From: the human T2T-CHM13v2.0 reference genome, Homo sapiens
Strand: one strand, 5' to 3'
Length of the DNA: 64,000 nucleotides
NCBI RefSeq assembly: GCF_009914755.1
Contig: NC_060938.1
Shown: in pieces, positions 55,016 to 64,000 of the stretch
Position numbering within the stretch: the stretch's first letter is position 1
Layout: each line of letters opens with the position of its first letter
Notes under the pieces: generated by a model
What the model saw: the letters and a program-made list of their open reading frames with translations, nothing else
Databases searched by the model: none
Told to the model about the DNA's origin: nothing
Program-made: the position numbers and the translations under genes

Positions 55016-56460
55016 CATTACACAACTATTTCTCAAGTTTTATAGGTTTGAAAACAGCAGTGATAATCCTTACAAGTTACAAAAAGTAAAACTAGTTATT
55101 TTACAGATGTAAGAGATAAATTGTGTCTTTAAACCTTACTTGACAATTTTGGAAAAAAAATACCAGTAGTATTACCAGTATTAGAAATATCAGTAGTATT
55201 TCTAAGTACTAAATTTAGAATAAAAATTAACTTGACAATTTGACATTAAAGTTTCACAGCTTAAAGATCACTAGAAGAGACAATGGAAACCTAAAAATAA
55301 ATGAAAAACATCTACAAGAGATAAGGAAATGATAACATTGATAAAAAGTATGGTTAATATAATAAAATAGAATTAATTTTAACTTAAACTAAAGATTAGG
55401 TACTTATATGAATATAAAAACCTCAAAAAGAAATTTTCAGGTGAATATGACACATTCAAGTATCTGGATTTCTTATCTCTCTGGGGACAGAATTTAATGT
55501 TTTTTAAGATAGTGGAAATGAATGTAAACTATTTGGGACTGATGTAAAATACATTAATGGTAGAAATATTTGAAAAATACTAGATTATTTTAAAATGAAC
55601 TTTTACACTGCAGAAACCACAGAAATTGTACAAGCAAAGAGCAAAGCAAAAACAAAACAACACAAAACAATAACTATGAGAGAAGAGTGACATAAACCTA
55701 TCAATTATCCCACTAAATATAAATAGTTCTCTTGGAAGAGAAAAATGATTGACTGAATAGCAAACAAGCTCTAGCAGTCTTTTGCCTTTAAGTGATACTA
55801 TTAAAACCAAATGGACAAATATTTTTGAATCATCTAAGGTACTTTAGCCTATGGAAATAAAGAAAAAGAGGTTACTATAATCCTTTTTGGTACAGTAACT
55901 TTCACTGTTTTAAATATTAAAATAAATATTAAAAGAAATAAATAATTTGACAATATATTAATAGATCATCAAATAAGGAAAACCTAATAATATTGAACTA
56001 TATGTTCCAGATAGTAGCAACATAAGACATGAAAGTTAAAAAAAAAACGAGAAAGAACAGAAATATAATGTTGATACATTTAATCCAAAATCACAATTGT
56101 AGTTTGTGCAGATATAAGCATTAGTAAAAGTATTACAGAAGGCAGCAAACCAAAAAAAAAAAAAGAATCCACAAAAGTAAATAATGGAATATGGCAATAA
56201 AAATGCTAATTTTTATATCTAAAGCCTTTGGACTTGAACATTAAAGAGAAAATGGAAATAGAAATAATTAAATGAGACAAAATACAAGAAGGTAAGAAAA
56301 GGAGAAGGAGGAGGAAGGAGAGAAAGAGGAGATAGGAAAAGTTGGAAGAAATATAAACTTTTTAACACCAATAAGTACCTTGTGGATGACAAAATTGATG
56401 AACTGGCTTGTTTAGTGAAAATAAAAATGAAATAAAGTGTAATGATTAATAGTAGATTCT

Positions 56461-56784
<324 letters not shown>

Positions 56785-56857
56785 TGATTCTTATTAGGCA
56801 ACTTTTCTTCTCCAAGCTTATGTTTTATGAATCTTGCAACAAGTATGATAATAATAA

Positions 56858-57497
56858 TATGATCCCTATCAAAATTCCAACATGTTATTGCAAAAGTGAA
56901 AAAAAAAATCCTAAAATTTATGTGAAACCTCAAGGACTCTGAGCAGCCAAAACAATCTTGAAAAAGAAAATCAGAGTGGTCTCACACCTCCTGATCTCAA
57001 AACTTATACAAAGCTACAGTAATCAAACCAGTGAGGTACTTGCAAGAGACAGACACATAGACCAGTAAAATAGATGAGAGAGCCCAGAGATAAAACACTC
57101 ACATATACGAACAAATGATTTTTGACAAGGATGTCAAAATCATTCATTGGGAAAAGGACAGGCAAAAGAATGAAATTTGGCTCTTACTTTGTACCACATA
57201 CGAAAATTAAAATGGATAAAAGCTCTACATATAAAAGCTAAAACTATAAAACTGTTAGGAGAAAACATAAAGAAAAAGCTTCATGATGCTGAATTTAGCA
57301 ATTATTTGTTAGATATTGCACCAAACTCACAGGCAACAAAACAATTAACAGATAAATTGATCTACACCAAAATTAGAAACTTGGGTACCAAAGGACACAA
57401 TCAACAGAGTGAAAAGGCAACCCACAGAATCAGAGAAAATATTTGAAAATTATATGACTGAAAAGGAGTTAATATCCAGAATATATCAAGAACTCCA
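56858..57497 (+). mobile_element. L1M(B)-like ORF2 fragment
   Basis: atccctatcaaaattcca...agccaaaacaatcttgaaaaaga...aaagctacagtaatcaaa. Confidence 0.88.
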
Positions 57498-57899
57498 GAA
57501 GTGCCTATGGCTCACAAAAATCATAAAGTATCCCTGTTAGTAAGTCTAAATGGGGTATTTTTAAGAATCTTCTCAAATGATTTTTGAAGAAGGTGGACCC
57601 CAGGCCACATTTGAGAAATTGCACTCTTTTTTATTTGTCTTACTTTTGACTCAGATAGATTTATTTAAAAATTGTTACTTAATTTTCTAAAGAAAAAATT
57701 ATTAAGAACATTATTTCTTTATATAGAAAATGATCCTAATTCAAAGAAAGAATATATAACTTATCTTTGTTACAGTTAGGAATAAAATGAATAAACTACG
57801 TTAGAAGATCAAACCAAAGAAAGTGACAAGTAACTTCATTCGTAAATTGAGATATTAAAACTTTAAGTAACATTTTAGCTCATATCACAGAGTAAAAAA

Positions 57900-58400
57900 A
57901 ATTAAATTATGTATATTTCCATTATGACTGAATAGAATTTAGCACAGCCAAGAAATGCTAGTATAAAGTAGGAGCAATTATTAATATAGTTCACATTAGT
58001 AGGAAAGATAATTCAAAAAATGTATAATTATTTCAATAAATGATGAGAAGATGATTTTTACCTGTTCTTAATTAAAACACTAAAAATTATGTTTGGTGTA
58101 TTTCATTCTCAGCATGACAGAGTGTATATTTAAAACCTGTAGATAACATTATACTTAATTGAGACACAATATGGTTATTCTCTTTAAAAATAAGAATAAG
58201 TTAAGAATATGTTTTCTACTCACTCTTATTTCATAATATACCAGAGCATACTGCGACATAAACTATTCAAAAAGGAAGATAATTAAGAAACAAATATAGG
58301 GAAGTAAAAAATACAGAAAACTTTCTACAAATAAAATTATTACATACTTAAACATGAAAAAAATCATTTCAAAAATTTCCAAGGCAATACAATGATAATT
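57900..58400 (+). mobile_element. degenerate L1M ORF2 (RT region) fragment
   Basis: aaacctgtagataacattatacttaat...ctcactcttatttca. Confidence 0.5.
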
Positions 58401-58670
58401 AAAACCTCCATAAACAGCTCAGTATTATGGTATGAATGGAAGTGAACAGTGCCTGGAAACAGAAGTACTAGAAGTTGGTAGTTCCACTTTTTTCTGCCCA
58501 CCCATTTCCAATTTGTGGTGTGTTTGTTTGATGTACTTTGAACTAGATCATGAAGCAAAGATGTAGCTAATGCATAGGCATCTCCAAATTATCAACACAA
58601 AATTAATCATCTGTCCATATGCCTTGTGGAAGAGGGGCAAGATCTGTCCCTGAGTGTTTACTCAATTACA

Positions 58671-59003
58671 TACAATGCTTGGAATGTTTCCCTTCTAAAA
58701 CTCATGTTAAAATTTAATTGCCCTTGTAACAGTATTAAGAGGTGAGAACTTTGAGAGGTGACTAGGCAATGAGAACTCCAGCCTCATGGGTAAGGGTAAG
58801 TTTGGATAAGTTTGGACTTCTCTTGCCCTCTCTTGCCCTTCTGCCTTCTGTGATAGGATGGTGCAGCAAGAATGTGCTCACCAGATGCTGGCCCCTCAAT
58901 CTTTGACTTCCCAGCCTCTGGAACTATAAGCCAATAAATTTCTGTTCATTATAAATTACCCAGTCTCAGTTGTTCTGTTATAGCAGCAAAATGGACTAAG
59001 ACA
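58671..59003 (+). mobile_element. MST (MSTC-like) MaLR solo LTR
   Basis: aaaactcatgttaaaatttaattgcc...ctcaccagatgctggcc...aataaatttctgttc...atggactaagaca. Confidence 0.88.
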
Positions 59004-60014
59004 CACATACTCATAAAAGATACATGTACATACACTCACAAGTACATACATACACTAATTAGGAAGGCACTGATGTTAAACACTCTATGGCAGAGTTTGG
59101 CAAACTTACGCAAAAGGCAAGATAGTAAATATCTTGCTTTGTGGTTCAACAGGCAAAAATGAAGATATATAGGTACTTATAAACAAAAGAGAAAAAATTT
59201 CCCCAATTTTTACTGATAATTTCAAAATGTAATAATAATTATGTACTTTCTAATAAATTGGATCTGTGGATAGTATTTTGCTGAATTTTGGTTCAAAATC
59301 AGTATTCCTCATCAAATCAATTTCACATATTTGTCTGTTAAAGTTGATCTGTAAGAAAGTGTTACATATTTTATCTTTTAAAATATCTTTTTGCCCAGAT
59401 AAGTATTGCCAAATACTGATAGCAGTCCACTAGTTATGGCCCAAATTAAACATTTTTCACTTATAAGGCATTTATAGAATTGTTAGATTTTTCTGTTGAT
59501 ATTTGCCCTTCAGCATTTCATTACATTGCAGATTAGTCACTTCCAGTTAGAAGTTAGGTGGAAACTCTTTAGCTGCACAGGTAAAAGGCATTTGAAATAT
59601 ATAAATTTCCTTTGCACTTGCATTGAAGCCTGAAAAACACTGCTGGAAATATAGTCTGAGTTCATAAAATACAACCACTAATTTATTTTTTTCTGAGAAT
59701 GGATATCTTACATCTTGTTTTAACTTGTGTCCTTGTGGGAAATGTATAAAGCAGCTTCATTTACTTGTTATCCAAACAGTATTAGTTGTCTTAACTTTAC
59801 CATAGTATATTTCTCATTAACTAACCACTGTTTTCCTTGTAATTTTAGCTTGAATTTATTAATAAACACTACCAATTCTGCAGCAAAAGCTTATTTCCAA
59901 AGCCATGCCATATTTGATAATATTGGTTGAGTATGCTTCTTCTTATTAAAAAAATTCAATCTTGACCCTGAGGTTAAACAAAACCACAATAAAACTTTAC
60001 CACTACTAAGCCAT

Positions 60015-61560
60015 GGAATTGTTGTAAACATTGACATTCAAGTATTTGTGTGGACATGGGTTTTTAAAAACATTTGGGTGAATACCTAGGAGTGCAATTG
60101 CTGGATTATATGGGAGGTCTATGTTTAATTTAAAAGAAACTGCCAAACTGCCTTGTAAAGTGGCTGTATTATTTTGCATTCTCCAAGTAGTGAATGAAAG
60201 TCACGATTGCTCCACATCCTAGTTAGCATTTCTTACTGTTCACTTTTGGAATTTTAGGCATTCTAATAGATGTATAGTGGTATCTCATTGTGGTTTTGAT
60301 TTGCATTTCTTTAATGAAATTATGTTGATCCCCTTTTCATGTGTTTATTTGCCATCTCATATATCATTTTTGAGTAAAGTGTCTGCTCAGATATTTTGCT
60401 ATTTTAACTTGATTTTTATTGTTGAGTTTTAAATTATACTTACATATGCTGAGTGCAAGTAATTTATCAGGTATGTCATTTGCAAATATTTTATCCTGGC
60501 CCATGATTTGTGTTTTTATTCTCTTCTCAGTCTTTTACAGAGCAAAACTATTTAAGTTTGCCAAGGTACTACTTCTTTTTTTAAATTCAATCACATTTTT
60601 TTTTATGAATTGTGCTTTGGGTATTTTATCTAAAAAACCATCACCAAACCCAAGGTCATGCAGATTATTTTTCTAGAAATTTTAGTTTTACATTTTAAGT
60701 TAGGTCTATGATCTATTTTTAGTTAACTTTTGTTTAAGATGTTAAGTATGTGTCTATACTATTCTTTTTTGCATATTCATATCCCATTTTCCTAGCAACA
60801 TTTGTTGAAAAACTATCCTTTCTCCCCTGAGTTACCTCCCGCTATTTGCCAGCAATCAATTGATTATATTTGTGTGGACTCTTTATTCTGTTTTATTGTT
60901 AACATACATCTATACTTTTTTAAATAACACACTGTTTTCATTACTGTAGCTTTATAATAAGTCTGGAAATCTGGTAATGTGAGTATTCCAACTTTCTTCT
61001 TTTTCAGAATCATCTTGGCTATTTTAGATCTTTGCCTTTCCATATGGAGTTTAGAATGAGCTTGCTTATACCAACAAAAAAGCTTGTTTAGATTTTGATT
61101 GAGATTGCATTGAATCTATAGACCAAATTGGAGAGAACTGACATCTTAACAATATAAAGCCTTCCAATTTATGAACATTGTATATATCTCCACTTATTTA
61201 GATATTGTGTGTTTCTTTCATCAGTGTCCTGTAGTTTTCTGTATAGTAGATTTATTACTTAAGTACTTCCTTTTTTATTTGTGCTGTTGTAGATGGTTGA
61301 TGACTTTGAATTTCATACTCTAATTGTTCATTGCTAGTATATAAGAATAAAATTGATCTTTTATGTTTATCTCTATCCTGTGACCTTGCAATTTTCACTT
61401 ATTCGTTCCAGGAGATTTTTGTAGTGTCTGTAAGATTTTCTACATATCTAATTATATCATTTGCAAATAAAGGCTGATTCACTTCTTTTCCTCCAATTTT
61501 ATGCCTTTTACTTCTTTATCTTGCATGTTATTCTTGCTAGGAATTTCAGTATAATATTCA
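60015..61560 (-). mobile_element. old L1M ORF2 fragment nested in Cheshire
   Basis: cctaggagtgcaattgctggat, tactgtagctttataataagtc, gattgcattgaatctatag. Confidence 0.88.
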
Positions 61561-61782
61561 TACCTTGTTTTTTAACTTACTATTTTTTTCTCCTTATGTC
61601 CTTAGTTTGTTGAACAACTGTTCTCGCTAAAAGGCTAATAGTCTTAAATTTATTTTCTATAAACATTTGTATTTGTCTGTTGCAATCAAATATGATTTAA
61701 TTAACTCGCCATTGGTGAATCACATTCCTTGCTTGGCTAACAAATGAACCTCTCAGAAACTGTAGTTTTATGCTCATTTCAA

Positions 61783-61817
<35 letters not shown>
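61783..61817. repeat. (TG)n microsatellite
   Basis: direct reading. Confidence 0.95.
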
Positions 61818-61820
<3 letters not shown>

Positions 61821-62574
61821 AAAATGCTGCCGTGATAATAAATTCCATTTTGCATTTACTAATTTTTCTAACCATCATGGTGAATTGGGGCTGCTATGAT
61901 GAATACTCGCTCTGGTAATGTCAACTTATATTTTGTACTTTTAGCATAGTTATAGTGTAAATAAATTTTATTTTACCAAATTCAATAACAAATCCACACT
62001 CCACTATATCTTAAAAGCTTTTCCTTTTTTTTGTTTTGACATAATGGATATGCATGGATAATAAGAATAATAGTAAAATGTCACAGTATGCAGACACATG
62101 TGATGCCTGAAATGCTGTCGATTGTTAACTGTAACACTGGGATTTGTAGTGTCCTGGGCATCACTGTGAAACACTGAGAGAGACACATGCAGTCTCTGGA
62201 GCAATATCTCTACTTTTGTAGCTCAAAACAGCCTTAGGTAAGTATATATGTGAATGACCATTGCTATGTTTCAAGAAAACTTTATTTGTGGACACTGAAA
62301 TATGAATTTCATATAATTCTCATATGTCATGAAGTATTAGGCCTCTTTTATTTTTTTCAAACCATTTAACAATGTAAACACTGTTCTTAGCTTGCAGACC
62401 CTGGAAAAACAAGTAGTAGAGAGGATTTGGCTCATGGACTGTAGTTTGCTGACCCCTGCTTTAGCGCTGTAAAAAATCTAGAGAAGGTGGAGAGGGGGCA
62501 TAAATCTTTTATAAAAAGACATCAAACTAGGGCTAGGCCAGTGTCCTGCCATATGTTCTGAGAAAGAGCAAGTC

Positions 62575-62735
62575 TGCGTGTATATGTGTATATGTACACA
62601 TATATATGGATGAGTATGTGTGTACATATTTAAGTGAATGAAATTGTATGTATTTGTGCCTACATGTGTGTATTAATATGTGCATATATATGAGTGTATA
62701 TATGTTTTTGTGCATATTTCTGTGTTTATGTGTGA
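62575..62735. repeat. degenerate (TA/TG)n low-complexity tract
   Basis: direct reading. Confidence 0.8.
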
Positions 62736-64000
62736 TTAAAGACTCAGGATTAAATCATGTATTTTTTCTTGTAAGATGCATATATATAGATATTTGACTG
62801 TTGATAATGTAGAGATGCCAATTTTAGCTGTATCTTGGCTTCAAGATCTAGTTCAAAATTATACTTTGTTACTCAATTACAAAAGAGTCGAGATATGTCT
62901 CTTTCAGTAACACTGTTCCTTTTACCAGCTAACCAGAAACTGAATTGCCACATAACTACTCAGGTAATTACACTGCATTTAGTGCCAAAATTTAAGCATC
63001 CATGCCACCAAGACATTTTTCCTTTTTTTTTTTTTTTGCTTTTAATTTCATTTAAAATCTTGTATTAAAAGATATTGCTCTTCTTGGGAGTTATGCAACT
63101 TAATTTCTTATCTAGTTCAAATTTTATTTTTCTTTTCTAAGATGCTATTCAACATTTGAAGTGTTGGATACATTATGGATAAAGGGGGAAATATCAACTA
63201 TAACTTTGTTTTTGCTGTCTGTTATGACTATACATGGGGGTGGGGGTAGGGTGGACAGGTCAGCACATATTTCTTGCCAATTCCATATGTGAAATTCATG
63301 GGATACTCAGAAAATATTGTGTGCCTCCATCTACTCAGCTGGAAAGTAGGATTTTAAAAAATGGCTTGCAGAGAGAATATGGAAGGTATGGTGTGTGGCA
63401 ATTGAAGAGGACAGTAGGAGATTCCCAACACATTACGTATCTCAAATGATGAGCACTTCAAGTAATATAACAAGGAGCAAATGGTTATTATCAAACACTG
63501 TCTTAGACAACAAGAGGGTTTCCTACTGTCTGTAGGGATGAGACAACATAAAGTACTGTTGGCTCCAAGATATTTAGAAGTCATTTTATCATACAATTTA
63601 CTTCTATCCTATAAGCTTCCAGAAACATTTGAAAGGAAAGAAAGCCTTTGGCAAAGGAACCGTCACTGGATCCATCATGTGTAAATTATTTTCCTAATTA
63701 TACAATTTTTATTATTTCAACATCGAATTATTCCATATATGTGGGCTGGTATTTTGGGGAAAAACTGACTATCATTTGATATTTTATTATATTATTTCCA
63801 AGAAATATTCTAATGATTGTTTTTCACTTTTTTGAAATTACAGCATTTTAAAAAGGTTGTACATCTAGCAATACCTAACAAAATAGGAAATCAACTTGGT
63901 AAGTAATGTATTACAACTTTCATTTTTAATACGCATTTTGCCTAGTTCAAATAGGACATTTATACCTATAATTAAATCTTAAAGAAACTCCTGTCTTCCA

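Larger units (their letters stand above)
59091..62458 (+). mobile_element. Cheshire (autonomous MER58-family hAT-Charlie) with both TIRs; decayed transposase on minus strand
   Basis: TIRs cagagtttggcaaact / agtttgctgacccctg; minus-strand fossil peptides FQQCFSGF..LEVTNLQCN and SVFGNTYL; N-terminus MSKQKK near 62045. Confidence 0.85.

Noticed and set aside
63236-63254. G-quadruplex candidate
   Set aside because: Only three runs of three or more G.

Overview
AT-rich, CpG-poor primate (human-like) non-coding DNA, either a large intron or intergenic. I find no supportable protein-coding exon. Every ORF in the track is explained by Alu, L1, LTR, simple repeats or chance. About half the window is interspersed repeat: 16 Alu/FRAM copies, L1 fragments from L1PA to L1M age, L2, MIR, seven LTR copies, five DNA transposons including a Cheshire with both ends, and a full-length Y1 RNA retropseudogene. 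I see no new biological system, but there are several well-preserved mutational fossils. These are an L1 3' transduction, a twin-primed L1, an Alu-L1 fusion, templated inverted insertions, and two compound microsatellites 3 kb apart that are exact 69-bp reverse complements. A ~9 kb repeat-poor stretch holds a candidate RFX/EBF/SOX enhancer. Repeat family calls come from recalled consensus sequences, not a database search. Boundaries of old elements are approximate.
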